Assembly (NCBI GenBank): GCA_963667175.2
Contig: CAXXXF010000015.1
Location: forward strand, 288,001-352,000
Origin: Candidatus Latescibacterota bacterium
Lineage (GTDB): Bacteria > Latescibacterota > UBA2968 > GCA-2709665
DNA: 64,000 bases
Direction of reading: 5' to 3'
The notes beneath the pieces are model-generated. The model saw only the letters and a program-made list of their open reading frames with translations. It ran no database searches and was not told where the DNA came from. Shown piece by piece: positions 45,932-57,151 of this stretch (position 1 is its first letter; each line of letters starts with the position of its first letter). Made by a program: the position numbers and the translations under genes.

Positions 45932-48280
45932 ATGCAACCCGTCCCACATCCTCCGTTTCGCACCGCCGCCGTGCTGGGCGCGGGCGTCATGGGATCGCAG
46001 ATCGCCGCCCATTTGGCCAACGCCGGTCTGTCCGTACATCTTCTGGATCTTCCGGGCGACGAAAGAAACCGAAACGCGATTGTCGACGGCGCGCTGAAAG
46101 GACTCGAGCGGCTCAGCCCCGCTCCGCTCTTTACGGAAGGCGCCGCCCGCCGCATCACCCCCGGCAACATCGAGGACGACTTCCACCGTACGTCTGAAGC
46201 GGACTGGATCATCGAAGCGGTCGTGGAGAAGCCGGACGTCAAGCGGGAGATCATGGCGCGCGTGGAAGCCGCCGCGAACGGACATGCCGTCATTTCCACG
46301 AACACCAGCGGCATTCCGATCCACCTGATCGCACGGGACCGGTCGGCGGATTTCAGGCGGCGTTTCCTCGGCGCGCACTTCTTCAACCCGCCGCGCTACC
46401 TCAAGCTCCTCGAACTCATCCCCCTTCCCGATACCGATCCGTCCGTTGTCGATCGCATCACCCGGTTCGGCAGCGACCGGCTTGGGAAAGGCATTGTGGT
46501 CGCGAACGACACGCCGGGCTTCATCGGCAACCGCATCGGCGTGTACGCCATGATGCAGTGTATCCGGGCCTTTACGGAGGAGGGGTATACGATTGAGGAA
46601 GTCGACGCCCTTACAGGCCCTCTGCTGGGACGTCCCCGGTCCGCCACGTTCAGGACCGCCGACGTTGTCGGGCTGGACACGCTCGCGCACGTTGCGGGTT
46701 ACCTCCACGACGCCCTTCCGGACGACGAAAGCCGGGACGGGTTCCGGGTTCCCGACGTGGTCGACCGGCTGGTTGCAGGCGGGGCCACCGGCGCCAAGGC
46801 GGGCGGCGGGTTCTACAGGAAAGAGGGTCGAAACATCCTCTCGTTCAACCCCGAAACCGGGGAATACGACCCACCGGCGGAACAGAAACTGGGGGACCTC
46901 GAACCCCTTCGGAAACAGAGGGACCTTTCCCGGCGCCTCTGCGACCTCTATGCGAGCGACGGGCGGGCGGGCGCCTTCTTTCGGAGTCATCTCCTGGAAG
47001 TCCTGTCGTACAGCGCTCGCCGCATCCCGGAGATCACCGCCAACCCGGCCGACGTCGACCGCGCGCTTCGCTGGGGATTCGGCTGGGAGGCGGGGCCCTT
47101 CGAGACGTGGGACATGATCGGGTTCGATACCGTCCTCAAGGACATGGCGGCCGAAAACGTCCCCCTGCCAGGCTGGATCGAAGGCATGTCCGGGGCGGGC
47201 GCCGCGGGATTCCGCGACCGCTCGCGGGTCTATATGCCGGATCGCGGATACGTGCCGGAATCCCAAGACGAAAACGCCTCGCCCGCGATTCGCGCCGACG
47301 ATCCCCACGTCCGGTGGCAGAACGAGGACGCCGTTCTCCTGGACCTGGGAGAGGATATCGCCCTCTTCGAATATCGCACCAAGGCAAACGCCATGGGTGA
47401 GACACTCGTTCGCGGGCTTGTTGACGCGGTCGACGTCGTCGAAGCGGGAGATTACCGCGGCATGGTCATCTGCAACGGAGGGAAGAATTTTTCGGTGGGC
47501 GCCAACCTGGGAGAGATGGTCGCACACGCGGAACAGAAACGCTTCGATCGGATGGACGGACTCATTGTCAATTTCCAGCAGATGATCCAGCGCGTCCACT
47601 ATTCCGCCAAACCGGTTGTCGTCGCCACCCACGGCCGCGTCCTCGGCGGAGGCTGCGAACTCACGCTGGCCTGCGCCAGCCCCGTGGCCGCGGCGGAATC
47701 CTACATTGGACTCGTGGAACTGGCCGTGGGACTCATCCCCGGCGGCTGCGGCACCATGCGCATGGCGGCGATTTCGCACGAGCGGGCTTCGTCCGAGCAG
47801 GACAGCCACGTCCAGCCGTTCCTGACCAGGGCCTTTGAGACGGTGGCGATGGCCAAGGTATCCAACAGCGCCTATCAGGCTCGGGAATACGGGTTTCTTC
47901 CACCGGGATCGCCCGTTGTGATGAACCAGGACCACCGGCTGCGCGCCGCCAGGCAGGAAGTCCTGCGCCTCTCGAACCAGGCATACGCGCCGCCTCCGGT
48001 CCGCAACGGCATCCGGGTACTCGGGCAGCCGGCCCGCGCGCGGTTCGAGGTGACAACCTACAATATGCTCCGTTCCGGTTTCATTTCCGAATACGACCGC
48101 TATCTGGCGAACCGGTTCGCGTACGTGCTGACCGGCGGAGACCTCAGCGGCCCCGCGAACGTACACGAAGACTACCTCCTCGAGCTGGAACGCGAAGTCT
48201 TCGTCGCCCTTACGGGCGAACAGAAGACCCGGGAACGAATTTACAGCATCCTGCGAACCAACAGACCCCTGAGAAACTGA
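45932..48280 (+). CDS. 3-hydroxyacyl-CoA dehydrogenase / enoyl-CoA hydratase fusion (FadN-like)
   Basis: LGAGVMG, NTSG, HFFNPPRY, FSVGANL, GGGCE, C-terminal RPLRN. Confidence 0.93.
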   Translation: MQPVPHPPFRTAAVLGAGVMGSQIAAHLANAGLSVHLLDLPGDERNRNAIVDGALKGLERLSPAPLFTEGAARRITPGNIEDDFHRTSEADWIIEAVVEKPDVKREIMARVEAAANGHAVISTNTSGIPIHLIARDRSADFRRRFLGAHFFNPPRYLKLLELIPLPDTDPSVVDRITRFGSDRLGKGIVVANDTPGFIGNRIGVYAMMQCIRAFTEEGYTIEEVDALTGPLLGRPRSATFRTADVVGLDTLAHVAGYLHDALPDDESRDGFRVPDVVDRLVAGGATGAKAGGGFYRKEGRNILSFNPETGEYDPPAEQKLGDLEPLRKQRDLSRRLCDLYASDGRAGAFFRSHLLEVLSYSARRIPEITANPADVDRALRWGFGWEAGPFETWDMIGFDTVLKDMAAENVPLPGWIEGMSGAGAAGFRDRSRVYMPDRGYVPESQDENASPAIRADDPHVRWQNEDAVLLDLGEDIALFEYRTKANAMGETLVRGLVDAVDVVEAGDYRGMVICNGGKNFSVGANLGEMVAHAEQKRFDRMDGLIVNFQQMIQRVHYSAKPVVVATHGRVLGGGCELTLACASPVAAAESYIGLVELAVGLIPGGCGTMRMAAISHERASSEQDSHVQPFLTRAFETVAMAKVSNSAYQAREYGFLPPGSPVVMNQDHRLRAARQEVLRLSNQAYAPPPVRNGIRVLGQPARARFEVTTYNMLRSGFISEYDRYLANRFAYVLTGGDLSGPANVHEDYLLELEREVFVALTGEQKTRERIYSILRTNRPLRN

Positions 48281-48335
48281 TCCCCGCGCGATTCGGCCCG
48301 CCGGATCGCGAGAAAAAGAAGAGGTCGAGTCCGCC

Positions 48336-49520
48336 ATGTACAGCGAAACCTGCATCGTCAGCAGCGTCCGCACGGCCGTCGGCAAAGCCGGGAGGGGGAC
48401 CCTGCGTAACGTGCGGCCGGAAAGCATGGGCGCGGCCGCGGTCAACGGCGCCATGGCGCGCGTCGAGGGCCTCCCGCCCGAGCGTGTCGACGACGTGATC
48501 ATGGGCTGCGCGTTTCCCGAAGCGCAGCAGGGCATGGTTCTCGGCCGCGTTGTCGCGCGGAAAGCCGGCCTGCCCGAAACGGTCCCCGGCGTTACCATCA
48601 ATCGCTTCTGCGCTTCCGGGCTGCAATCCATCGCGATGGCCCACCAGGCAATCTCCGCGGGTCAGGCCGACGTCATCGTCGCGGGAGGCGCCGAATCCAT
48701 GAGCCTCGTGCCCATGGGCGGAAACCACTTCATGCCCGATCCCGACGTCACGCGTGAGAACCCGGACCTCTACATCGACATGGGCAACACCGCGGAGAAC
48801 CTGGCGGAGAGCGAAGACATCTCCCGGGTGGAACAGGACGAGTTCGCCCTGCGTTCCCACCACCGCGCGCTGAACGCTGCCGCGGGAGGCCGCTTCAATG
48901 ACGAAATCGTGCCCATGCACGTTGTGGACACGGTGTACGAAAATGGCGGCGCCACGTCCACCGAAACGACGTTCAGGGCGGACGAAGGGCCTCGCGCAGA
49001 CACCAGCGCCGCCGCCCTCGCCCGGCTCAGGCCGGTCTTCCGCGCCCGCGGCACCGTCACCGCGGGGAACGCCTCCCAGGTGTCGGACGGCGCCGCGGCG
49101 ACGGTCGTGATGAGCGAACGTACGGCCAGAGAGCTGGACGTGGAACCCCTGGCGCGGCTCGCGGGTTACGCCGTGGCCGGCGTGGCGCCCGAAATCATGG
49201 GGATCGGCCCCGCCGAAGCCGTGCCGAAAGCGCTTCGCCAGGCGGGCCTCGCCCTGGACGATATCGGCCTGATCGAACTGAACGAAGCCTTCGCGGTCCA
49301 GGCGCTCGCCGTCATCGGCAGACTGGGCCTGGACCGGGATATCGTCAACGTCAACGGCGGGGCCATCGCGCTCGGCCACCCGCTGGGCTGCACCGGCGCC
49401 AAACTCACCGCCACCCTGCTGCATGAGATGATCCGCCGCAACATCCGCTATGGCATCTGCACCATGTGCATCGGCAGCGGGATGGGCGCGGCGGGGGTAT
49501 TCGAGAACCTGAGGACGTAA
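48336..49520 (+). CDS. fadA: Acetyl-CoA C-acyltransferase (thiolase)
   Basis: [27 protein letters not shown]. Confidence 0.93.
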   Translation: MYSETCIVSSVRTAVGKAGRGTLRNVRPESMGAAAVNGAMARVEGLPPERVDDVIMGCAFPEAQQGMVLGRVVARKAGLPETVPGVTINRFCASGLQSIAMAHQAISAGQADVIVAGGAESMSLVPMGGNHFMPDPDVTRENPDLYIDMGNTAENLAESEDISRVEQDEFALRSHHRALNAAAGGRFNDEIVPMHVVDTVYENGGATSTETTFRADEGPRADTSAAALARLRPVFRARGTVTAGNASQVSDGAAATVVMSERTARELDVEPLARLAGYAVAGVAPEIMGIGPAEAVPKALRQAGLALDDIGLIELNEAFAVQALAVIGRLGLDRDIVNVNGGAIALGHPLGCTGAKLTATLLHEMIRRNIRYGICTMCIGSGMGAAGVFENLRT

Positions 49521-49525
49521 GCCGC

Positions 49526-49627
49526 ATGGACGTTCTGACTTCCACCTGCGGCGTCCTGTCCTTTTCGTACGTCGAAGCCCTCGCCGTTGGGGTTCTCGTA
49601 TGCGCCCCGGGTTATACCGGCGCGCCG
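49526..49627 (+). pseudogene. Possible 5' remnant of an acyl-CoA dehydrogenase (FadE-type membrane anchor)
   Basis: ATG 5 nt after the fadA stop; hydrophobic stretch ending GYTGAP, after which the sequence stops looking protein-like. Confidence 0.3.
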
Positions 49628-49748
49628 AGGCCGCCCGAGAACAGGCCATCCGCGTGGACGCGTTCACCCCCGAAGAAACCCTCCCTTATCCGGAAAACGC
49701 GCGGCGACGGCAACCGGGCGCGACCGCACGTCCCGAGGAGCGCAATCC

Positions 49749-51374
49749 ATGCAAGGCCTGATGATGGACTATCCGCTCACGCTGGACCGGATCCTCGAGC
49801 ACGCCAACCGTCTGTATCCACGCAAGCGCATCACCACGGGATTGCCCGACGGGACCCTTCACCGGTACACCTACGCGGACCTGCACCGGCGGTCGAAACG
49901 ACTCGCCAGCGCGCTGAGCGGCATGGGCATCGAACCCGGCGACCGCGTGGGAACCTTCGCGTGGAACAACTACCAGCACCTGGAGCTGTATTTCGCGGTT
50001 CCGTGCAGCGGCGCCGTCTGCCATACGCTCAATATCCGCCTCTCGGCGGACCAATTGGCCTACATTGTCCGCCACGCGGAGGACAAAGCCGTCTTCGTGG
50101 ACGCGAGTCTGCTGCCCCTCTTCGAAGCCGTGGCCGCCAGGCTCGACCGCCCCCCTCGCACCGTCCTGTTCAATGCCGATCCCGGAATCAGCACGTCCCT
50201 TTCGGACGTCTGCGACTATGAAGACCTTATGGACAGCGGCAGCGACGCATTCGATTGGCCGGTCACCGACGAGACCGAGGCCATGGGCCTCTGTTACACC
50301 AGCGGCACCACCGGCGAGCCCCGGGGCGCGCTGTACTCGCACCGTTCGATGTTTCTGCACACGCTCGGCGTGAATCAGTCCAACGCCGTGGGCCTTGTCG
50401 AATCGGACGTCGTCATGCCCGTCGTACCGCAGTTCCACGCCATGGCCTGGGGACTGCCGTATGCATGCGCCATGGCCGGCGCGGAGATGGTTCTCCCCGG
50501 CCCCCACCTGAATCCCGCCGCCCTTGCGCGGACGATCGCGGAGGAAGGCGTCACGGCGCCCGCCGGCGTTCCCACCATCTGGACCGGGCTCTATGAAGAA
50601 CTGAAGGTCAATCCGCGCGACATCTCCTGCATTCGCGCCCTGATCGTCGGCGGGGCGGCCATGCCGCGCGGCCTGATCGAAGCCTATGAAACCGAACTCA
50701 ACGTGGCGGTCGTACACGCCTGGGGAATGACCGAACTCTCGCCCCTGGGCACCGTCTCCAGGCCGCAGCGCCACCATGGCGCCCTTCCGGACGCGGACAG
50801 GTGGGACGTGAAAGCCACCCAGGGGTATCCCATCTGCGGCGTTGACATGCGGATTGTGGACGATTCGGGCAACGAAGCGCCGTGGGACGGCCGCAGCATG
50901 GGCGAGATACAGGTCAGGGGCCCGTGGGTGATCGGAAGCTATTACAAGCAGGACCCCGCGCCCGATCACTTCACGGCCGACGGGTGGTTCCGGACCGGCG
51001 ACGTGGGCTCGATGAGCCCGGACGGCTTCCTCACCATCACGGACCGGACAAGAGACCTCATCAAGAGCGGCGGCGAGTGGATTTCGAGCGTGGCGCTGGA
51101 GAACACGCTCATGGGCCATCCGGCCGTCACCGAGGCCGCCGTTATCGCCATACCCGACGCGAAATGGACCGAACGGCCGTTCGCGATCGCCGTACGGTCG
51201 CCCAGCGCAGACCCGGTGACGGCCGAGGCGCTGCGGGCGCACCTCGCGTCGGCATATCCGAAATACTGGGTTCCCGACCGGATCGTCTTCGTAGAGCAGA
51301 TCCCCAAGACCAGTGTCGGCAAACTGGACAAGAAAGTGATCCGCCGCCGGCATGCCGAAGGACTGTGGGGCTAG
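49749..51374 (+). CDS. Long-chain fatty acid-CoA ligase
   Basis: [35 protein letters not shown]; RBS GAGGAG. Confidence 0.93.
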   Translation: MQGLMMDYPLTLDRILEHANRLYPRKRITTGLPDGTLHRYTYADLHRRSKRLASALSGMGIEPGDRVGTFAWNNYQHLELYFAVPCSGAVCHTLNIRLSADQLAYIVRHAEDKAVFVDASLLPLFEAVAARLDRPPRTVLFNADPGISTSLSDVCDYEDLMDSGSDAFDWPVTDETEAMGLCYTSGTTGEPRGALYSHRSMFLHTLGVNQSNAVGLVESDVVMPVVPQFHAMAWGLPYACAMAGAEMVLPGPHLNPAALARTIAEEGVTAPAGVPTIWTGLYEELKVNPRDISCIRALIVGGAAMPRGLIEAYETELNVAVVHAWGMTELSPLGTVSRPQRHHGALPDADRWDVKATQGYPICGVDMRIVDDSGNEAPWDGRSMGEIQVRGPWVIGSYYKQDPAPDHFTADGWFRTGDVGSMSPDGFLTITDRTRDLIKSGGEWISSVALENTLMGHPAVTEAAVIAIPDAKWTERPFAIAVRSPSADPVTAEALRAHLASAYPKYWVPDRIVFVEQIPKTSVGKLDKKVIRRRHAEGLWG

Positions 51375-51405
51375 CCGGCCGCGACCCGGGACAACAGGAA
51401 CCGCA

Positions 51406-52164
51406 ATGCCTCTCCACCTGAAGAACCCTCACAGCATCCTGGCCGTTCTGCAAACCCGTCCCCAGGACGTCTACGAAATCCGTCTGCCGGACCCCGTCAC
51501 CGGACCCTGGCGCCGGGTCCGGTCGTCCGCCACGGAAATTGGCGTCAAATTCACGGGCGGGAACCGCGCGTCCCGGAGGCAGACCCGGAGGGGCCGCGCG
51601 GGCGGCGCCGAGGCCGTCGTCAGGGAGCGGCGCGCGGTCACCGTCCGGGACCTGTTCGCGAACGCGCCCGAGACCGGACTCTGGCTCGCGCTCGACCGCG
51701 TGCAGGACCCGCACAACGTGGGGGCGATCTTTCGCTCGGCCGCCTTCTTCGGCGTCCGAGGCATCCTGCTTACGCGGGACCGTTCCGCCCCGCTCACGGA
51801 TGCCGTGTACGACGTCGCGTCCGGCGGTGCGGAACACGTTCCCTTCTGCTTCCCGGCCAACCTCAGCAGGGCCCTCGACCTGGCGCGGAAGGCGAACCTC
51901 TGGATCCTCGGCGCGACCGAACATGCGGACACCGGCCTGGACGGGGTCTCTGCCGACCGACCCTGGCTGCTCGTCCTGGGCAACGAGGAACGCGGGCTCC
52001 GGCGTCTCACGCTGGACAAATGCGACGTCACGTGCAGCATTCCGTCCACCGGCAACGTCGCCTCACTGAACGTATCCGTGGCCGCGGGTATTTTCCTGCA
52101 GAAACTCGCCACCCCGCCGGAACACGTCTCGCGACAAACAACCGGCGCCACCCGCCTGCAATAA
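51406..52164 (+). CDS. TrmH/SpoU family RNA methyltransferase (RlmB-like)
   Basis: QDPHNVGAIFRSA, LGNEERG, SLNVSVA. Confidence 0.92.
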   Translation: MPLHLKNPHSILAVLQTRPQDVYEIRLPDPVTGPWRRVRSSATEIGVKFTGGNRASRRQTRRGRAGGAEAVVRERRAVTVRDLFANAPETGLWLALDRVQDPHNVGAIFRSAAFFGVRGILLTRDRSAPLTDAVYDVASGGAEHVPFCFPANLSRALDLARKANLWILGATEHADTGLDGVSADRPWLLVLGNEERGLRRLTLDKCDVTCSIPSTGNVASLNVSVAAGIFLQKLATPPEHVSRQTTGATRLQ

Positions 52165-52180
52165 CAGCCCGTTGAAAAAG
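52164..52180. repeat. Solo MITE end
   Basis: TA-ACAGCCCGTTGAAAAAG matches the MITE TIR and overlaps the TrmH stop codon. Confidence 0.55.
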
Positions 52181-52262
52181 CCCATGCTCCGGGAACCGGG
52201 GCCCCCTTGTCAGCATCTCCGTTATGCCTTATCTTTTGTGAAATATACCGGGAGAACAGCCG

Positions 52263-52889
52263 ATGCGCGAAACCATCTTCTGGGACGTGGATACCCAGTA
52301 TGATTTCATCATGCCAGACGGCAAACTGTACATCCAGGCGGCGGAGAAGATCCTGCCCAACCTGGAGCGGCTCACCGCCTGCGCCCGGACGCGGAATATC
52401 CCCATCTTCGGGTCCGTAGACTACCACAATCCCGACGATCCGGAGATTTCGGATTCGCCCGACTTCCAGGACACCTTTCCCCCGCACTGTCTCAAGGACA
52501 CCCCGGGCCAGCGAAAGGTCGCGGAAACACGCCCGGTAAATCCGCTGTGGATCGACGGCGACGTGGAAGACCCCTCGGCCCTCGGAGAGCGGGTCCGGAA
52601 CCACGCCGGCGAGGTCATCTTCCGGAAACAACGCTTCGACGTCTTCACCAACCGGAACGTGGAACCGGTCCTGGATGCCGTCCGACCCGGGCGCATCGTC
52701 CTGTACGGCGTTGCCCTGGACGTCTGCAACGCCTACGCCATCGACGGCTTTCTCGAGAGGAACACCGCTCCCGTCCAACTGGTCCTGGACGCCACGCAGG
52801 CCATCTTCCCCGAACGCGGAGAAACGCTCGTGGAAGACTGGAAGGCCAGGGGCGTGACGGTCGTGTCTACCGACGAGATTAGCGGATAG
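52263..52889 (+). CDS. Isochorismatase/nicotinamidase family cysteine hydrolase
   Basis: DVDTQYDF, D.H, FPPHC, K, GVALDVC. Confidence 0.9.
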   Translation: MRETIFWDVDTQYDFIMPDGKLYIQAAEKILPNLERLTACARTRNIPIFGSVDYHNPDDPEISDSPDFQDTFPPHCLKDTPGQRKVAETRPVNPLWIDGDVEDPSALGERVRNHAGEVIFRKQRFDVFTNRNVEPVLDAVRPGRIVLYGVALDVCNAYAIDGFLERNTAPVQLVLDATQAIFPERGETLVEDWKARGVTVVSTDEISG

Positions 52890-52933
52890 CGAAATCCGCG
52901 TTTTCCTTATATCGACGCATACACGCGCCGGCC

Positions 52934-54037
52934 CTATTTCCCCGCCGCCACGTCGAGGTCCGGATCCTTGAACAGGTCCAGGTACCTGCCGTATCCGTTC
53001 GTCTTCAGCTCATCCACCGGAATAAAACGCAACGACGCCGAATTGATGCAATAGCGCAGCCCGGTCGGCGGCGGTCCGTCCGGGAAGACGTGGCCAAGGT
53101 GGGAGTCTCCGTATTTGCTGCGGACCTCCGTGCGGGACATGAAGAGGCTGTTGTCGGCGCGTTCCACCACGTGCCCGGAAACCAGGGGCTGCGTGAAACT
53201 CGGCCATCCGGTTCCCGACCGGTATTTGTGCGTGGAGCTGAAGAGCGGTTCGCCCGAGACAATATCCACGTAGATGCCCGCCTTCTTGTTGTCCCAGTAC
53301 TCGTTGCGGAACGGCCGCTCGGTGCCGTCTTCCTGGGTTACGTTCCATTGGAGCGGCGTGAGCTTCCGTCGAAGGTCGGCTTCGGGGGGTTTGACCCAGT
53401 TCCCACTCGATGAATTCGCGGGTTTGCCGGGCCCCCAGATCCGCTCGATGAACCGGTCGCGGCCCGAGCCCTTCCGGTAACGATTGTAGTGGTCCGGCTT
53501 CTTCCTGTAGTAGTCCTGGTGGTAATTCTCCGCGGGGTAGAAGGTTTCCGCGGGGCGGATGGGCGTGACGACGGGGGCGTCGAACCGGCCGGATCCCGCG
53601 AGCGCTTCTTTCGACGCCTCGGCGAGCTTTTTCTGCTCGTCGTCGTGGTAGAAAATGGCGGACGTGTACTGGTGGCCCCGGTCATAGAACGACCCCCCGG
53701 CATCGGTGGGGTCGAACTGCCGCCAGTAGACGTCAAGCAGTTGGGCGTAGGTGACGACAGCGGGGTCGTAAGTGACCAGCACCGCCTCGATGTGCCTGGT
53801 TTGGCCTTTGCTGACCTGCCCGTACGTGGGCTTCACGATCATTCCGCCGGTATAGCCGGATACCGCGGAGACCACGCCTTCCAGCTTGTCGAAAGGGGCT
53901 TCGATGCACCAGAAGCAGCCCCCGGCGAACGTGGCCTGCGCCACGTTTTTCGTTTCGGACCGCCCGTCGCCGGCGCCCAGGGCCAGGGCGACAATCAGAG
54001 CGGCTGCGGCAAGCAGCAGCACAAGGGTCGTTTTCAT
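52934..54037 (-). CDS. msrAB: Exported bifunctional methionine sulfoxide reductase MsrA/MsrB
   Basis: Signal peptide, [35 protein letters not shown]. Confidence 0.95.
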   Translation of the reverse strand: MKTTLVLLLAAAALIVALALGAGDGRSETKNVAQATFAGGCFWCIEAPFDKLEGVVSAVSGYTGGMIVKPTYGQVSKGQTRHIEAVLVTYDPAVVTYAQLLDVYWRQFDPTDAGGSFYDRGHQYTSAIFYHDDEQKKLAEASKEALAGSGRFDAPVVTPIRPAETFYPAENYHQDYYRKKPDHYNRYRKGSGRDRFIERIWGPGKPANSSSGNWVKPPEADLRRKLTPLQWNVTQEDGTERPFRNEYWDNKKAGIYVDIVSGEPLFSSTHKYRSGTGWPSFTQPLVSGHVVERADNSLFMSRTEVRSKYGDSHLGHVFPDGPPPTGLRYCINSASLRFIPVDELKTNGYGRYLDLFKDPDLDVAAGK

Positions 54038-54262
54038 CCGGGTTCCTCCTGACACACCCGATATTCGGGGAAAATTGCGCGCGGTCGCGCTGATGCGCTG
54101 ATTCGATGTACTTTGACGTAACGCCTGTCGGCAGGGAATGGTTGCACGGAACTGTAAGGAGGGGGAGAGGTCTGCGGGGCCGGGAGGGGTTCGCATTTGG
54201 CTGACTGCTGAGAGCTGACCGCTGATTGCTGCCTTTTGCTGTCTTGCCCGACGTTTTCACAC

Positions 54263-54291
54263 TTGATATCTATACATTTGTGCAGTATATT
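54263..54291 (+). promoter_or_regulatory. Candidate sigma70 promoter for the radical SAM gene
   Basis: TTGATA-N17-TATATT, ending 6 nt before the GTG. Confidence 0.55.
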
Positions 54292-54297
54292 CAGGAC

Positions 54298-55095
54298 GTG
54301 GCGCATTCGCATCTGGAAATCGAAGAGACCGCGGCGCGGTCGGTCCTGATGCCGCAGGACGGCCCGCCCGTTACCCGGTACACCCTGAATCCGTACGCCG
54401 GATGCGGCATGGGGTGCGCGTATTGCTACGTGATGAAATACCCGTACGCCGAGGAACACCCCCTGCCGTGGGGCGCATGGGTTCAGCCCAAAACGAACGC
54501 GCCCTTTCTTCTGGGCAAGGCGCGGGACAAGATCTGGGGCCGGCGGATCTTCGTGGGTTCGGCCACCGACCCGTACCAATACGTGGAGCGCCAGTACCGC
54601 CTGACCCGCCGATGCCTGAACGTGCTGGAGGACAGCAACCCGAAGGACGTCGTGGTGCATACGCGGAGTCATCTGATCCTGGACGACGTGGAATTGCTCC
54701 GGGCGTTCAAGTCCCCGTTGCGGGTGTGCTTCTCCGTCCCGACGGACGACGACCGCGTGCGCAAAAAGCTGGAGCCGCACGCCCCGCGCATCGACCTGCG
54801 GCTGAAGACCATGAGGCGCCTCAGGGCCGAAGGCATTCACGTTACCGCGGCGGTGGCGCCTCTGCTCCACTGCGACCCGGCCCGCTTCGCCCGGGTGCTT
54901 CACGACGCCGCGGACGACGTCTACACCACGTCGATGCGCTATACCGACAAAACGGGCATTCAATCGACGGACAGAGCCCGGGCCTATTTCGAGAGCGCCC
55001 GGTACAGAGACCTGGTTGACGAAATGGACCGCTGCCTCGACGCGGCGGGTCTGAAGACGAACGGAGACGACGAAAGAGAATTCGCGTCGAGATGA
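54298..55095 (+). CDS. Radical SAM protein, spore photoproduct lyase-like DNA-repair family
   Basis: LNPYAGCGMGCAYCY, GSATDPYQ..E, EP.AP. Confidence 0.88.
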   Translation: MAHSHLEIEETAARSVLMPQDGPPVTRYTLNPYAGCGMGCAYCYVMKYPYAEEHPLPWGAWVQPKTNAPFLLGKARDKIWGRRIFVGSATDPYQYVERQYRLTRRCLNVLEDSNPKDVVVHTRSHLILDDVELLRAFKSPLRVCFSVPTDDDRVRKKLEPHAPRIDLRLKTMRRLRAEGIHVTAAVAPLLHCDPARFARVLHDAADDVYTTSMRYTDKTGIQSTDRARAYFESARYRDLVDEMDRCLDAAGLKTNGDDEREFASR

Positions 55096-55283
55096 ACGCG
55101 TGTGTGCCACACTGGTGGAAAAACTACCGCATGTTTCTTTGGACAAATGGTGCTAAGCGGTGTATCTTTTGAAGATGGGATTGTCGCTATCTTAGCCGTA
55201 AAAAATTCTCGGCCTCGGATTACGGATCGAGAGGGTAAAGCGTAAAGAGGATAAAGAAAGTGGAAATACGTGGAGGTGATCCC

Positions 55284-56366
55284 ATGTGCCAGATTATATT
55301 GGACGTGGTTGCAAACAACGAGTTGGGTGGTCATTCGACAAATGAACAAGGTGCGGTACCCCTGCCCGCCGATGGCGACGTGCATCGTCGTGGGGATGTA
55401 TTCATCCATTTCGATCGATCCGAAAAGCTGTATGACCATTGGCCGGCTCCGACCTGCATTGTCTCGGATGGTCCGTATGGACTCAGCGGATTTCCAGGGG
55501 ACCTTCCAACTCCAAAGGATCTCTGCGACTGGTATCGACCTCACGTTAGCGCCTGGTCAGAACGGGCATCTCCGATAACGACGTTGTGGTTTTGGAACTC
55601 TGAAGTCGGATGGGCGACGGTCCATCCACTTCTGTTGGAGTATGGTTGGGAATATCGGGCCTGCCATGTGTGGGATAAGGGCTTGGGACACGTCGCCGGT
55701 AATTCGAATACGTCGACGCTGCGTAGATTTCCGGTTGTAACGGAAGTTTGTGTACAGTACACGAAAGAGGCCCAGTTTCACAAGGGCGATCGTACGATGA
55801 ACATGCAGGAATGGCTCCGACATGAGTGGAGACGATCCGGACTTCCCTTCAGGCTTGCCAATGAGGCCTGCGGCGTCGTCAATGCCGCTACCCGGAAGTA
55901 TCTTACAGGAGACCACATGTGGTATTATCCACCAGTTGATGCATTTGTTCGCATGTCCGATTACGTAAATGCCAATGGAAATCAAGAAGGACGACCATAT
56001 TTCAGTATAGATGGCAGACGGCCGGTCTCTGGTGATGAATGGAGACGTATGCGAGCTAAGTTCCGATGTCCTGCGGGAGTAACGAACGTCTGGCAACATC
56101 CCCAGGTGTCTGGTTCGGAGAGAGTGAACGGAACACGAACTCGTATGAAGTGGAAGTACAAGAGTCTTCATGGAAGTCAGAAGCCGCTTAAACTCGTTGA
56201 ATTGACCATTGTTTCAACGACGGATCCCCAGGATATCGTATGGGAACCTTTTGGAGGATTGTGTCCTGCTGCTGTATGTTCGTGGAAACACTCCAGGAAG
56301 TGCTATAGCGCAGAAGTCCTCCCTGAATTCTACTCGGCTGCTGCTCACCGTCTGGATTTTGCATAA
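55284..56366 (+). CDS. Amino (N4-C/N6-A) DNA methyltransferase, beta-class motif order
   Basis: SDGPY (DPPY variant), VWDKG, H..QKPL.L, WEPFGG; ATG after GGAGGTG. Confidence 0.85.
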   Translation: MCQIILDVVANNELGGHSTNEQGAVPLPADGDVHRRGDVFIHFDRSEKLYDHWPAPTCIVSDGPYGLSGFPGDLPTPKDLCDWYRPHVSAWSERASPITTLWFWNSEVGWATVHPLLLEYGWEYRACHVWDKGLGHVAGNSNTSTLRRFPVVTEVCVQYTKEAQFHKGDRTMNMQEWLRHEWRRSGLPFRLANEACGVVNAATRKYLTGDHMWYYPPVDAFVRMSDYVNANGNQEGRPYFSIDGRRPVSGDEWRRMRAKFRCPAGVTNVWQHPQVSGSERVNGTRTRMKWKYKSLHGSQKPLKLVELTIVSTTDPQDIVWEPFGGLCPAAVCSWKHSRKCYSAEVLPEFYSAAAHRLDFA

Positions 56367-57151
56367 TGGATGCCAATGCTATACCTCCCGCGCCATTACG
56401 TATTGAACCCACAACTTGGGAACATTACGATCTATGGTTGAGAGTTCAGGAGGCAATTCGAGCCGTTCCAGATCGGTTTTCTACGCCAACGTCGATCGAA
56501 GGACTCCTTGTTACGGATATTTTCACGCTCAATACGCCGCTGGCAGCAACGATTGAAGAGCAAGTCGTCAGAACGCTGAATACGCTGAGACCCGTGTGGG
56601 ACCCAAATGGGAAATATCAGACCTATTCGTTTGTTAGACAACCTCAGACATTTCCGGATGTAGTGCTCAGAAGGACCGATGATGGACAAACTATCCTGAT
56701 GGGAATTGAACTCAAGGGTTGGTATCTTCTGGCGCGAGAAGGCGTCCCTACCTATCGATTTACGACTACGGCGGCGGCTTGCCATCCCTGGGATTTGATG
56801 GTTGTGATGCCGTGGGTTTTGTCAAACGTGCTTTCCGGTTCACCAGTGATCTTTGCTCCGTTCGTTGAGACCGCCCTATATTGCGCTCAACAACGTAACT
56901 ACTATTGGCAGTACGAAAGAGCAGCCGAGTCGAATTCCACCATCCATGTTCCGGACGACGTTGGCCCATATCCGCTTAAGAGCGATCAGATCTCCGACAA
57001 ACCAGCGCATGACGGCGGTGGGAATTTTGGACGGATTGCGAGATACGGAATCATGAATGAGTATATTGAACGTATGAAGGCAACGCGCATCCGAGGAGTA
57101 AGGGTGTCGGACTGGTTAAAATTCCTGGAATTGCACGCTGCGAATAGATAG
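56366..57151 (+). CDS. Putative type II restriction endonuclease (PD-(D/E)xK)
   Basis: FPDVVL...GIELKGW; TAATG overlap with the MTase. Confidence 0.7.
   Translation: MDANAIPPAPLRIEPTTWEHYDLWLRVQEAIRAVPDRFSTPTSIEGLLVTDIFTLNTPLAATIEEQVVRTLNTLRPVWDPNGKYQTYSFVRQPQTFPDVVLRRTDDGQTILMGIELKGWYLLAREGVPTYRFTTTAAACHPWDLMVVMPWVLSNVLSGSPVIFAPFVETALYCAQQRNYYWQYERAAESNSTIHVPDDVGPYPLKSDQISDKPAHDGGGNFGRIARYGIMNEYIERMKATRIRGVRVSDWLKFLELHAANR

Noticed and set aside
45512-48631. 1039-aa minus-strand ORF (likewise 41106..43979, 35372..37261, 21553..23151, 49686..51353)
   Set aside because: These are antisense shadows of well-supported GC-rich genes and carry no family motifs.
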